Of a DNA stretch of 64,000 nucleotides, positions 38,955 to 48,970 are shown piece after piece. Position 1 is the first letter of the stretch. Every line of letters begins with the position of its first letter. Position numbers and translations under genes: made by a program. Source of the stretch: a virus; the IMG/VR virus record IMGVR_UViG_3300000117_000007. One strand, written 5' to 3'. Below the pieces are notes generated by a model. That model made no database searches, was not told the origin of the DNA, and was given only the letters and a program-made list of their open reading frames with translations.

Positions 38955-39856
38955 TGCCACATATAGATTTCATAACAAACAGTAAAGATACACTTAGAGA
39001 TTTCAAACCAGTTCTTGCAAAATCTATTATGCCCGAATGGTGGAAGAAAGGAAAAATTGATCAGTATATACGTGGTGAATTTGTTCAAACTATCAGAGCA
39101 TGTCCTGCCATGGACGATTGGACTAAATCAGGATATTACATCGTAGCAAATAGAGACTTTAAAATTCTTGCTGGTGAAGAAAGAATACATGAAGAAGCAA
39201 ATACTATTGGTGCTTTAGATACATCAGGACATTTGTATGAATCACAGTCACACCCTAAAGATCAGATGTTTAATACATTTGAATATCTAGGCGATGATGG
39301 ACCAGTTAAAGATGCATTTAAAATGAGAAATCCATGGAACGTCAAAACACCTCCTGGTTATTCGACTTTATACTTAGACCCGTTCTTATTTCAAGGAAGA
39401 GCATTTGCGGCATGGCAAGGCATTATAGATACTGATAAGATGCATGTCAATCAAGACAACGCACAGATAATATTTTATCCAAGATTCAATACAAGTTTTA
39501 CAATTAAAAAGGGTACACCTTTAGTTCAATGTATTCCATTTAAAAGAGAAGAGTGGCATGCATCTTTTCAATATCAAGACCCTAAAACATTTCATGAAAA
39601 TAGATCTGGTCCTAAAGAACATGGTGGAATATCTAACGAAGATGTATTGTCAGTAGATTATTGGAATAGATGTGGTAGATACGACCAAGATGTTATGGAC
39701 GGAAAAACTCAGAGAGATGAAAGAAAAAAAGGCACTATGAAAATGGGTCCTTATAGAACTGAAGGTTATTGGACAGAAAAGTCAAAGTTCTTTAAGACTA
39801 TGGAAGAAGTTACACCACCACCTGAGTGTCCTATGCACAAGAGTGAGGAAGAATAA
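38954..39856 (+). CDS. Conserved phage hypothetical protein (DUF6065-like / dUTPase-like fold)
   Basis: TIRACPAMDD, PWNVKTPPGYSTLY, GIIDTD, IKKGTPLVQCIPFKRE. Confidence 0.55.
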   Translation: MPHIDFITNSKDTLRDFKPVLAKSIMPEWWKKGKIDQYIRGEFVQTIRACPAMDDWTKSGYYIVANRDFKILAGEERIHEEANTIGALDTSGHLYESQSHPKDQMFNTFEYLGDDGPVKDAFKMRNPWNVKTPPGYSTLYLDPFLFQGRAFAAWQGIIDTDKMHVNQDNAQIIFYPRFNTSFTIKKGTPLVQCIPFKREEWHASFQYQDPKTFHENRSGPKEHGGISNEDVLSVDYWNRCGRYDQDVMDGKTQRDERKKGTMKMGPYRTEGYWTEKSKFFKTMEEVTPPPECPMHKSEEE

Positions 39857-40563
39857 TGAGTACAGTACACTATCTATTTCCTAGTTTTGTTTTTGAAAGA
39901 GATTTCTTAGGCAGACATCAACATGTCGAACCATCTATGAACGAAGACTACTTCGAGCAGTTAAAAAATGAAATCGATTCTATGAGAAAGAAAGATCCAG
40001 TTGGTAGAAGAGTTTCAAATGCATATACAGGTTGGCAATCACATGATGGTTGCGATAATAATCCTGCTTTTATCAAATGTATAAGATCAATCAAACGTAT
40101 GATGAGAGACGAAGTAATGTTGCACTTAGGTGTAAAGAGTGGGTTTCAAGTAGAGTTTCATAATTGTTGGGCAAACATAAACGATAATATGGCATGGAAT
40201 AGACCACATTTACACAATGGTTGCTTTATGAGTGGTGTCTTATATATTAAAGCAGATGGTGATGAAGGAAACTTCAGTGCAATCGATACAGATGCAAGAG
40301 TTGTTGGTGCCCATCCTGTCATGCCAAAAATGAAAGAGTCAGTACAGTTTCAACCTAGAACTGGTACGATGTATTTATTTCCTAGTGGGTTGATGCATAT
40401 GGTCGAACCTAATCTAACTGATAAAGATAGATACAGTATATCTTTTAACATGAATGTTGTTCAGAATAATTTAAAGATTGGCAGTGTCGACGAGAACGAT
40501 TTTACTGAAGATAATCATAGTTTATCATGGGAATTAGACGAGCAGGGCAAACTGATTATCTAA
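39856..40563 (+). CDS. 2OG-Fe(II) oxygenase (TIGR02466-like)
   Basis: WANIN..PHLH..SGVLYI..LFPSGLMHMVEPN..RYSISFN. Confidence 0.85.
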   Translation: MSTVHYLFPSFVFERDFLGRHQHVEPSMNEDYFEQLKNEIDSMRKKDPVGRRVSNAYTGWQSHDGCDNNPAFIKCIRSIKRMMRDEVMLHLGVKSGFQVEFHNCWANINDNMAWNRPHLHNGCFMSGVLYIKADGDEGNFSAIDTDARVVGAHPVMPKMKESVQFQPRTGTMYLFPSGLMHMVEPNLTDKDRYSISFNMNVVQNNLKIGSVDENDFTEDNHSLSWELDEQGKLII

Positions 40564-40572
40564 ATAGTTACT

Positions 40573-40833
40573 ATGGAAATAGTAGTAGATGCACACATTG
40601 TCTGGAACTTAATACTCACTTGTATATTTTTACCAATGGGGTTCTTGGTACGTTCAGTACTAGCAGAACAAAAAAGACTAGACATATTAGTTAACAAGAC
40701 TAGAGAAGAGATTGCTAAAGAGTACGTTACAAGAGAGCAACTCGAAAAAGACTTACAGAAACTTATCGACACTATGGAAAGAATCGACGAGAAGTTAGAT
40801 AAACTACAGACCAAAACATATTTCCAAGACTAG
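40573..40833 (+). CDS. Small membrane-anchored coiled-coil protein
   Basis: N-terminal hydrophobic helix then heptads; CTAAATA at 40560. Confidence 0.65.
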   Translation: MEIVVDAHIVWNLILTCIFLPMGFLVRSVLAEQKRLDILVNKTREEIAKEYVTREQLEKDLQKLIDTMERIDEKLDKLQTKTYFQD

Positions 40834-40845
40834 ACTCCCAAAACA

Positions 40846-40853
40846 TATAAATA
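40846..40853 (+). promoter_or_regulatory. Late promoter TATAAATA
   Basis: Exact consensus upstream of gp13. Confidence 0.8.
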
Positions 40854-40878
40854 GTAGTATTAGACAGGAAATACTACT

Positions 40879-41694
40879 ATGGCAAAACCAACCACTAGAG
40901 CAGAATTAAAAGAATACATCAAAAGAAAACTTGGTGCTCCTGTACTTGAAATCAACGTTGATGATGATCAGTTAGATGATAGAGTAGACGAAGCATTACA
41001 GTATTTCTATACGTACCATTATGATGGTACTATGAAAGTGTATCTAAAGCATTTAATTACATCGACTAAAAAAGAGACTATGAAGACCAACGAAACGTTC
41101 ACAGAGAACGCCGCTGGTACTCATGCGTATACAGACGAACAAGTATTGCAACAACAAAACTATGTTGTCTTGCCAGATTTTGTAACTGCCGTAGTCAACA
41201 TCTTTCCATTTCACGATAAAAATAATTTAAACATGTTCGATCTTAGATATCAATTAAGATTGAATGACCTCTATGATCTAACAGCAACAAATATTCTATA
41301 TTACGAACAAGTTCAACAACACATCTCATTGATGGATAGAATGTTAGTTGGTAGACAACCAATTAGATATAATCAACACATGAATAGATTATACTTAGAT
41401 TTAGATGTTGACTCTATTTCAGATGATGAGTACATACTAATTGAATGTTATAGAAAGATAGACCCGACAACATTTACAGATGTATACGATGATATGTGGT
41501 TAAAGAAATATGCTACAGCATTAGTCAAGTATCAATGGGGTGAAAACTTAAGTAAGTTCCAAGGTATAGCATTACCAGGTGGGGTTACACTAGATGCTTC
41601 ACAAATGAAACAGGAAGCACAGGAAGAAATTCAAAGATTAGAAGAAGAGTCAAGACTGAATCATGAAATGCCAGTTCTTGATATGATAGGTTAA
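40879..41694 (+). CDS. gp13: Neck protein gp13
   Basis: RKLGAPVLEINVDDDQ, WLKKYATALVKYQWGENLSKF, LPGGVTL. Confidence 0.93.
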   Translation: MAKPTTRAELKEYIKRKLGAPVLEINVDDDQLDDRVDEALQYFYTYHYDGTMKVYLKHLITSTKKETMKTNETFTENAAGTHAYTDEQVLQQQNYVVLPDFVTAVVNIFPFHDKNNLNMFDLRYQLRLNDLYDLTATNILYYEQVQQHISLMDRMLVGRQPIRYNQHMNRLYLDLDVDSISDDEYILIECYRKIDPTTFTDVYDDMWLKKYATALVKYQWGENLSKFQGIALPGGVTLDASQMKQEAQEEIQRLEEESRLNHEMPVLDMIG

Positions 41695-41696
41695 TT

Positions 41697-42548
41697 ATGC
41701 CAACAAATGTATTTTTCAACCATGCAGTAAATACTGAGCAACATCTTTATGAAGATATTGTTGTTGAGTCTTTAAGAATGTATGGCCATGATTTGTATTA
41801 TCTACCAAGAGAGATAATCGAAGAAGATTCTATATTGAATGAAGATGTTCAATCTAGATTTGGCGATGCATACTCAGTTGAGATGTACATTGAAAACACA
41901 GATGGTTTCGAAGGCGAAGGCGATCTTATGTCAAAGTTTGGCGTACAGATAAGAGACCAAGCAACATTCATTATCTCTCTCAGATCATGGGAAAGATTTA
42001 TCTCATTGGATACTAATCTTGCATCATCACTTAGACCAAACGAAGGCGATCTGATCTATTTCCCTTTGTCTGGCGGGTTATTTGAGATTAAGTTTGTAGA
42101 ACATGAAGACCCGTTCTATCAAGTAGGAAAACTATTTGTGTTCAAACTAAGATGTGAATTGTTCGAATACAGTGGTGAAGATTTCGATACAGATATTGCA
42201 GTGATCGACCAAGTAGAAGATGAACAAGCATATACAATTAGTATGACTATGGGTGCTGGTTCAGGTAACTATGCAGTAAACGAAAATGTTAAACTCAATG
42301 GTTCTGTAGTTGGTGAAGTTGTCAGATGGGTAGACAATGGTAATAAGTTAACAATTAAAGATAATGCTCAAACTCTTGCAGTAGATGATACACTTGTTGG
42401 AGATTTATCTGAAGCATCGTATGTAATTAGTAGCATCGATGATACTATGACATTTGAAAATGATGGATCAGCACAGAACAAAGACTTTGAAGACAAAGAC
42501 TCTTCATACTTAGACTTAAGTGAAGTGAATCCATTTGGAGAACCATAA
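41697..42548 (+). CDS. gp14: Neck protein gp14
   Basis: EQHLYEDIVVES, YYLPR, RPNEGDLIYFP, PFYQVGK, NPFG. Confidence 0.93.
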   Translation: MPTNVFFNHAVNTEQHLYEDIVVESLRMYGHDLYYLPREIIEEDSILNEDVQSRFGDAYSVEMYIENTDGFEGEGDLMSKFGVQIRDQATFIISLRSWERFISLDTNLASSLRPNEGDLIYFPLSGGLFEIKFVEHEDPFYQVGKLFVFKLRCELFEYSGEDFDTDIAVIDQVEDEQAYTISMTMGAGSGNYAVNENVKLNGSVVGEVVRWVDNGNKLTIKDNAQTLAVDDTLVGDLSEASYVISSIDDTMTFENDGSAQNKDFEDKDSSYLDLSEVNPFGEP

Positions 42549-43597
42549 TGTTCGGAACATATTTTTACAATGAAACTATAAAAAGGTGTGTATCAGTATT
42601 TGGTACATGCTTTAATAATCTCACATATAAAAAAATTAAAGGAGATGGTACTGTTCTAGCAGAGAACAGAGTACCTATTTCATATGGTCCTGGTCATGCA
42701 TATCTAAGAAGACTAAGAGAAGAACCAGACTTATCAGATAAGAATAGAACAGCAATCAGTCTACCTAGAATGGCATTTCAATTGATGGGTTTTACATATG
42801 ATCAGCAAAGACAACAAAACAAATTAATTAAGACAAATAAAACGTCACTTGAAACAACAGGGACTAGTAGAAAGTTTCAATACGCACCTGCACCATATGA
42901 TTTAGAATTTGAATTGTCAATTCTAGCATACAATCAAAATGATGCTTTACAAATTATAGAACAAATTTTACCTTACTTTCAACCAGAATACACAGTTACT
43001 ATGAAGATGATCGATGACTTAACAGAAGTCAGAGATGTGCCTATCGTTTTAACAGGTGTATCGATGAATGATGATTATGAAGGTGACTTCGAGACACGAA
43101 GAACTATTGAATATACTATGAACTTTACTATGAAGACATACTTCTTTGGACCTATCTATACAGGTAATATCATTAGAAACGTTATCGAAAGAGACTACAT
43201 TAATGATAGTTCAGGTCAATTCACTACATCACAAATTGATGAATCTGGTCTTGTTAAAGAAGTTAAACATTATGAACCTGCCTTTGGCGAGTTATGTAAT
43301 CCAGTAGAAAACTCACAAACAATCACTTTCCCAACTGCTATAAATAGTAAGATAAGTGTTGATGATGAAGTGTTCTATACGGGATATGAGGGAACTAACC
43401 CCCTAGTCTCTAGCATTGCAAGTGATAGATTGTCTATTACTATTAATCAAAACGTAACTATAGATAATGCTAAGACACTTATGTTTGTTGGTTCAGTAGA
43501 TCCATCAGACACGTTTGTTGTAGCAGAACAAGTATCCTTCTCAAACGAAGCAGGATTTACAACATACGCAGAAGATAAAGTTAGTGACGCCAGTTAA
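42548..43597 (+). CDS. gp15: Tail sheath stabiliser gp15
   Basis: YFYNETIK, VPISYGP, LPRMAF, QIIEQILPYFQPE. Confidence 0.92.
   Translation: MFGTYFYNETIKRCVSVFGTCFNNLTYKKIKGDGTVLAENRVPISYGPGHAYLRRLREEPDLSDKNRTAISLPRMAFQLMGFTYDQQRQQNKLIKTNKTSLETTGTSRKFQYAPAPYDLEFELSILAYNQNDALQIIEQILPYFQPEYTVTMKMIDDLTEVRDVPIVLTGVSMNDDYEGDFETRRTIEYTMNFTMKTYFFGPIYTGNIIRNVIERDYINDSSGQFTTSQIDESGLVKEVKHYEPAFGELCNPVENSQTITFPTAINSKISVDDEVFYTGYEGTNPLVSSIASDRLSITINQNVTIDNAKTLMFVGSVDPSDTFVVAEQVSFSNEAGFTTYAEDKVSDAS
43339..43346 (+). promoter_or_regulatory. Late promoter inside gp15 (could serve gp16/gp17)
   Basis: Exact TATAAATA about 270 bp upstream of gp16. Confidence 0.5.
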
Positions 43598-43612
43598 GGC
43601 ATTGAAATAATT

Positions 43613-44026
43613 ATGGAAAATGTAGATCAAAAACTGAACGATATCATGGGTATCGAATCAGAAATCAAAACAGAGACAGCAGAAGTAGTCAAGAAAGTAC
43701 CTGTGAGAGCAGATAATATTGAAACAGACTATAGATATGCTAGAGAAAATCTGTACTCTCTTGTCGAAAGAGGACAAGATGCTATTGATGGCATCTTAGA
43801 ACTATCAAAAGAAACTGAACACCCTAGAGCATATGAAGTCGCAGGGCAATTAATTAAAACTGTTTCAGATACAGCAGAGAAACTTATTGATCTACAGAAG
43901 AAACTTAAGGATATAGAAGGTGAGTCTCAAGTAAAGACTCAACACAATCATCTATATGTTGGTTCAACATCTGAACTCCAAAAGTTTTTGAAGAAGTCTA
44001 AAAAAAATGAAACTGAAGAAACCTGA
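43613..44026 (+). CDS. gp16: Terminase small subunit gp16
   Basis: DYRYARENL, HPRAYEVAGQLIK, LYVGSTSELQK. Confidence 0.93.
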   Translation: MENVDQKLNDIMGIESEIKTETAEVVKKVPVRADNIETDYRYARENLYSLVERGQDAIDGILELSKETEHPRAYEVAGQLIKTVSDTAEKLIDLQKKLKDIEGESQVKTQHNHLYVGSTSELQKFLKKSKKNETEET

Positions 44027-44801
44027 TAAAGAAGATTTATATTTCTCAATACCACACTTTGAACTCTGGCACTCAGTGTTCGATGCTGAAAGAACTCATG
44101 CTTACGAAGAGTGGATAAAAAACAACGTCAAAGATAAGGTTGTTATCGATCTAGGATCGGGAAGTGGTATATTATGCTATCTTGCATGGAAATATGGTGC
44201 AAAGAAAGTGTATGGTATAGAACTAGGCAAAGAACGTGCCGAAATGTCTAGACGTATATTACCAGACGATATAGAAATAATTACTGGTGATATAGAAACT
44301 CATGAACTACCAGAATGTGATATCTATCTACATGAAAACTTCTCATCTAACTTAGTAGCAGAGATTGGTGTGTTCATAACTGAGAGAGCAGTGAAAGAGG
44401 GATGGGCAGACAAAATATATCCTAACATGATGACATTATATGATGTTGATATTATTGAAGAAGAAAGACTACAAACAAAAATCGATCCAAATACCTATGA
44501 AGGTGGAACACAAGAGTTTATAGAATTACTTGAACTAGAAGGTGTATTACCAGATAAATTTGGCACTAGATTAAATACTAATATTAAAATTAATTCTAAG
44601 GTATGGGAAGGTAAATTCATAGATTTATATAATGACTACGGTCCTGCACTAACTAGACCAGACTTAAATTATCTGGGTTGGGAATCATCTTTTGATGGCA
44701 AACATATTATAACAAACTTTAGTGGAAAAGAAACACACTGGAACATACACAAATGGCGTAAAAGATTAACATCTTTTTCACCAGATGGTGCTGAAGAATA
44801 A
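44007..44801 (+). CDS. Class I SAM-dependent methyltransferase (PRMT/PrmA-like)
   Basis: D.ERT.AY, VIDLGSGSGIL motif I, GAKKVYGIE, CDIYLHE. Confidence 0.8.
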   Translation: MKLKKPDKEDLYFSIPHFELWHSVFDAERTHAYEEWIKNNVKDKVVIDLGSGSGILCYLAWKYGAKKVYGIELGKERAEMSRRILPDDIEIITGDIETHELPECDIYLHENFSSNLVAEIGVFITERAVKEGWADKIYPNMMTLYDVDIIEEERLQTKIDPNTYEGGTQEFIELLELEGVLPDKFGTRLNTNIKINSKVWEGKFIDLYNDYGPALTRPDLNYLGWESSFDGKHIITNFSGKETHWNIHKWRKRLTSFSPDGAEE

Positions 44802-46387
44802 TGAAACCTAAAAACGAAGGATACTTAGGGAATCCACTGATTAAAAGATCTGGTGTAGAAATACAATACACCAAGGAAGAACTAGAAGAATACATGAAGT
44901 GTTCAGAAAATCCTTCTTACTTCATTGAGACATATACACAGATCATTTCATTAGATGAGGGTATGGTACCCTTTAAACTTCGTGGTTATCAAGAGAATCT
45001 AATAGACTTTTACAATTCTAATCGTTTCAATGTAGTACTTGCATCACGTCAAAGTGGTAAATCAATAACATCTTGTGCATACTTATTATGGTTTATACTA
45101 TTTAATCCAGAAGTTACAGTGGCAATTCTTGCTAACAAAGGTGCAATTGCAAGAGAGATGATTGCTCGTTTAGTTACTATGCTAGAATCAGTGCCGTTCT
45201 TCTTACAACCTGGTGTTAAGATTCTTAACAAAGGGTCAATTGAGTTTGGTAATGATAGTAAAGTTGTTGCCGCGGCAACATCATCAAGTTCGATTCGTGG
45301 TATGTCAATCAACTTACTATACCTCGATGAGTTCGCATTCGTAGACGATGCAGAGACATTCTATACTGCAACATATCCCGTTGTTACATCTGGTAAAGAT
45401 TCTAAAGTAATCATTACTTCTACTGCAAATGGTGTGGGTAATATGTTTCATAAGATATACGAAAGTGCTATTCACGAACAGTCAGAGTATAAAGCATTTA
45501 CTATTAATTGGTATGATGTGCCAGGTAGAGATGAAGCATGGAAGAAAGAAACTATTGCAAATACTTCAGAAGCACAGTTCGAACAAGAGTATGGTAACAG
45601 TTTCTTAGGAACTGGTAATACACTTATTAATAGTAATACATTATTGGGCATGAGAGCAGAAGAGGCATTCTGGAATAAAGATAATGTAAATGTATACGAG
45701 AGACCTAAAGAAGGTCACACATACGTCTGTACAGTAGACGTATCAAAAGGAAGAGGATTAGATTACTCAACGTTTAGTATATTTGATGTAACGACACAAC
45801 CATTTCAACAAGTGTGTACGTATAGAGACAATACAGTAAGTCCCATGCTATACCCAGATTTACTAAATAAGTATTGTAAACCATATAATGATGCATTAGT
45901 TATTATAGAAAACAATGCAGAAGGTGGCATGGTAGCAACTCAGTTGCATTATGATATAGAATATCCTAATGTCTTTGTTCAAGGCATGACTAAAGCAGAT
46001 GATATTGGTGTTACGATGAGTAGAAGAATCAAACGTATTGGTTGTTCTACTATGAAGGAGTTGCTCGAAGAAAATAGATTAACGTTACGAGATCGAGCAA
46101 CAATAACGGAATTGATGACCTTTGTAAGTAAAGGTACATCATTCGAAGCAGATAAAGGTTACCATGATGATATGGTAATGAATTTGGTACTGTTTAGTTG
46201 GTTTATTACGACAGATCATTTCACCCATTTAACTGATAAGTTAGTAAAGAATCTGTTATATGCAGAGCAACAAAAACTTATAGAAGATGATTTATTACCA
46301 CCAGGGGTGTTCGGAAATAGTTCAGAACAAGAATCCTTTGTAGATAATAGTGGTGATAGATGGTTTTTAAGTGGTGATGAGAATTAA
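44801..46387 (+). CDS. gp17: Terminase large subunit gp17
   Basis: SRQSGKS Walker A, YLDEFAF Walker B, TSTANG, DVSKGRGLDYS, HDDMVM. Confidence 0.96.
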   Translation: MKPKNEGYLGNPLIKRSGVEIQYTKEELEEYMKCSENPSYFIETYTQIISLDEGMVPFKLRGYQENLIDFYNSNRFNVVLASRQSGKSITSCAYLLWFILFNPEVTVAILANKGAIAREMIARLVTMLESVPFFLQPGVKILNKGSIEFGNDSKVVAAATSSSSIRGMSINLLYLDEFAFVDDAETFYTATYPVVTSGKDSKVIITSTANGVGNMFHKIYESAIHEQSEYKAFTINWYDVPGRDEAWKKETIANTSEAQFEQEYGNSFLGTGNTLINSNTLLGMRAEEAFWNKDNVNVYERPKEGHTYVCTVDVSKGRGLDYSTFSIFDVTTQPFQQVCTYRDNTVSPMLYPDLLNKYCKPYNDALVIIENNAEGGMVATQLHYDIEYPNVFVQGMTKADDIGVTMSRRIKRIGCSTMKELLEENRLTLRDRATITELMTFVSKGTSFEADKGYHDDMVMNLVLFSWFITTDHFTHLTDKLVKNLLYAEQQKLIEDDLLPPGVFGNSSEQESFVDNSGDRWFLSGDEN

Positions 46388-46392
46388 AGGAT

Positions 46393-46400
46393 TATAAATA
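46393..46400 (+). promoter_or_regulatory. Late promoter TATAAATA
   Basis: Exact consensus upstream of gp18. Confidence 0.8.
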
Positions 46401-46436
46401 AACTAGTATCAACTTTTACATTAACAGGAGAAAAGT

Positions 46437-48419
46437 ATGGCATTTCAAGTATCACCAGGCGTTCAGATCAAAGAGATTGATCTATCGAATGTTGTTCCAG
46501 CAGTGTCCTCTACAGTAGGGGCGTTTGCAGGTGTATTCCAATGGGGTCCTGTTGACGAAGTAAAAACAGTTTCAAGCGGACAACAATTAGTTGATGAGTT
46601 CTACAAACCAGCAGACTCAGACTTAGGGACTGAAGACTTTTATTCAGCAGATTCTTTTTTAAGATATGGTTCTGCTCTTAAAGTAGTTAGAATAAGTAAT
46701 TCTGCTATGAAAAGTGCAAACTCATCTGGTGCTTCATCGGCACTTCTTAAAAACGAAACGGATTACGAGTCTACCTACGAGAGTGGTGGACAAAACGGAA
46801 CAGTGGGAAGATGGATATCAAAATATGCAGGAGTCTTAGGTAATTCACTTCAAGTTTCTGTATGTGCATCTAACAACGCATATTTCAACAGTGGTGCATC
46901 AGCAATCAATAACGCAGACGGTTATGATGTTGGCGCAACTACAGTCACGGTTGATGCAGGGGCAAATTTCGTCGTAGGCGATATCATTAAGTTTGCTCAT
47001 GCTCAAAAATATAAAATAACAGACATCGCCTCTAACGCACTTACCATTCAAGCAATTGGTGAATCCGCTGGAACCGGGTTACTTACAGCAGTTGCAGATG
47101 ACGAGTCAGTCGACAGATGGTGGGAACATTACGCATTATTCGATAAAGCACCAGGAACTTCAGCACATGCTGAAAAACTAGGAGCATCAAACGACGAACT
47201 ACACGTAGTTGTAGTAGACGAAGATGGTGCTTTCTCAGGAAGCAAAGGTACAGTATTAGAAACACACGGTTTCTTATCACTCGGTTCAGATGCTAAAGAC
47301 GAACAAGGCGAATCAAATTATTACAGAGACGTAATCGCAAGACAATCTGGTTACGTATACTGGACAGGTCACTCAACATTATTGATGGGTACAGGTAATG
47401 AAGCACAGCATAGAACACTGTCAACAGCAGTAAGTACTGCATTCGTACAAGAAGCAGAACCAATCAATGATTCATTATCCGGGGGTGCAGATGCAACAGC
47501 ACCAACAACAGTAGAAAAAATTAGTGCATGGGATGCCTTCTTTGCAGATGCAGAGACACAAGACTTTTCATTCTTAGTCATAGGTTCTACTAGATCAAAT
47601 AATGGTGACACAGTTTCAGATCATAACACATTAGTAAACAGTGCAGTTTCATTAGCAGAATTAAGAAAAGACTGCTTAGTAATCGCATCACCAAGAAAAA
47701 CATCTATTGTAAATGTTTCATCCGAAGCAAGTCAGTTGGCGAATGTCGAAGCAGACTTCACTAACGTAACTTCAAGTTCATATCTAGTGATTGATTCAGG
47801 TTGGGTATATCAGTATGATAGATTCAACGACAAATATGTATGGGTCCCAGGTAACGGGCATACAGCAGGAATCATGGCAAGATCAGACTTACTACAAGAT
47901 CCTTGGTATTCACCAGCAGGATTCAGTAGAGGTCAATATTTAGGAATCACTAAACTTGCTTTCAATCCAAAACAAGCATCGAGAGATGAACTATATAGAA
48001 AGAGAATTAATCCAATCGTTACTTTCCCAGGACAAGGAACTGTTCTATTCGGAGACAAGACTGGATTAGCATCACCTTCAGCATTTGATAGAATCAATGT
48101 TAGAAGATTGTTCATCGTACTAGAGAAAGCAATCTCAATTGCCGCTAAAGCACAACTCTTTGAATTCAATGACGCATTCACAAGGGCACAATTTAGATCA
48201 GCAGTTGAACCTTTCTTAAGAGATGTAAAAAATAGACGTGGTTTAATAGATTTCTCAGTAGTTTGTGACGAATCAAACAACACTGATTCAGTCATTGACA
48301 GAAACGAGTTCGTATGTTCGATCTTCGTGAAACCTGCTAAATCAATTAACTTTATTACTTTGAACTTTGTAGCATCAAGAAGTGGTGTAGAGTTTGAAGA
48401 AATCTACGGAGCAGTATAA
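46437..48419 (+). CDS. gp18: Tail sheath protein gp18
   Basis: SPGVQIKEID, FQWGP, WYSPAGFSRG, FDRINVRRLF, FEFND. Confidence 0.96.
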   Translation: MAFQVSPGVQIKEIDLSNVVPAVSSTVGAFAGVFQWGPVDEVKTVSSGQQLVDEFYKPADSDLGTEDFYSADSFLRYGSALKVVRISNSAMKSANSSGASSALLKNETDYESTYESGGQNGTVGRWISKYAGVLGNSLQVSVCASNNAYFNSGASAINNADGYDVGATTVTVDAGANFVVGDIIKFAHAQKYKITDIASNALTIQAIGESAGTGLLTAVADDESVDRWWEHYALFDKAPGTSAHAEKLGASNDELHVVVVDEDGAFSGSKGTVLETHGFLSLGSDAKDEQGESNYYRDVIARQSGYVYWTGHSTLLMGTGNEAQHRTLSTAVSTAFVQEAEPINDSLSGGADATAPTTVEKISAWDAFFADAETQDFSFLVIGSTRSNNGDTVSDHNTLVNSAVSLAELRKDCLVIASPRKTSIVNVSSEASQLANVEADFTNVTSSSYLVIDSGWVYQYDRFNDKYVWVPGNGHTAGIMARSDLLQDPWYSPAGFSRGQYLGITKLAFNPKQASRDELYRKRINPIVTFPGQGTVLFGDKTGLASPSAFDRINVRRLFIVLEKAISIAAKAQLFEFNDAFTRAQFRSAVEPFLRDVKNRRGLIDFSVVCDESNNTDSVIDRNEFVCSIFVKPAKSINFITLNFVASRSGVEFEEIYGAV

Positions 48420-48430
48420 GGGAGTAAAAC

Positions 48431-48928
48431 ATGGCAACAATAGATCAGTTTAAAGCACAGTTAATCGGTGGTGGCCCAAGAGCAAACCGATTTAGAGTTT
48501 TTATACCAAGATCTGGCAATAAGATTGAGTTCTTATGTCAGGCCGCACAAATCCCTGCCGCTACAGTAGGTGTTGTTGAGCAAAACTTTAGAGGACACAT
48601 TCTGAAACTCGCAGGAGACAGAACCTTTGAACCTTGGTCAGTAACAATCATTAATGATGTAGAGTTTTCAGCAAGATCGGCACTCGAAGAATGGCAAACA
48701 GACATTCAAGAGTTAGATTCTGGTGAAGGTATGACATCATTAGATTACTTAGTAGACAGAGCATTTGTCGAACAACTTAACAAAGACGACTCAGTGTTAG
48801 CAAGATACGAATTCTTTAACATGTTTCCAACTAGTATTGGTGCAATTGACTTATCTTATGAGACAGTCGATGCATTGGAGACATTTGATGTTGAATTCCA
48901 ATACTCACACTGGAACAGAGTCGTTTAA
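48431..48928 (+). CDS. gp19: Tail tube protein gp19
   Basis: GGPRANRF, LAGDRTFEPW, FPTSIGAIDLSY. Confidence 0.95.
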   Translation: MATIDQFKAQLIGGGPRANRFRVFIPRSGNKIEFLCQAAQIPAATVGVVEQNFRGHILKLAGDRTFEPWSVTIINDVEFSARSALEEWQTDIQELDSGEGMTSLDYLVDRAFVEQLNKDDSVLARYEFFNMFPTSIGAIDLSYETVDALETFDVEFQYSHWNRVV

Positions 48929-48936
48929 TAAGGTGA

Positions 48937-48965
48937 ATATCGCCCTTGATTGGGCGATATAAATA
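48937..48965 (+). promoter_or_regulatory. Hairpin (ATATCGCCC-ttgatt-GGGCGATAT) overlapping late promoter TATAAATA (48958-48965)
   Basis: 9-bp perfect inverted repeat and exact promoter consensus. Confidence 0.7.
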
Positions 48966-48970
48966 TAATT

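Noticed and set aside
32089-40563. RiPP-type multi-core precursor peptides with tailoring enzymes
   Set aside because: No leader, cleavage motif, protease or transporter is evident. The gap-free antiparallel register and fibre context explain the repeats better. Enzymatic modification of the intact fibre is kept as a finding.
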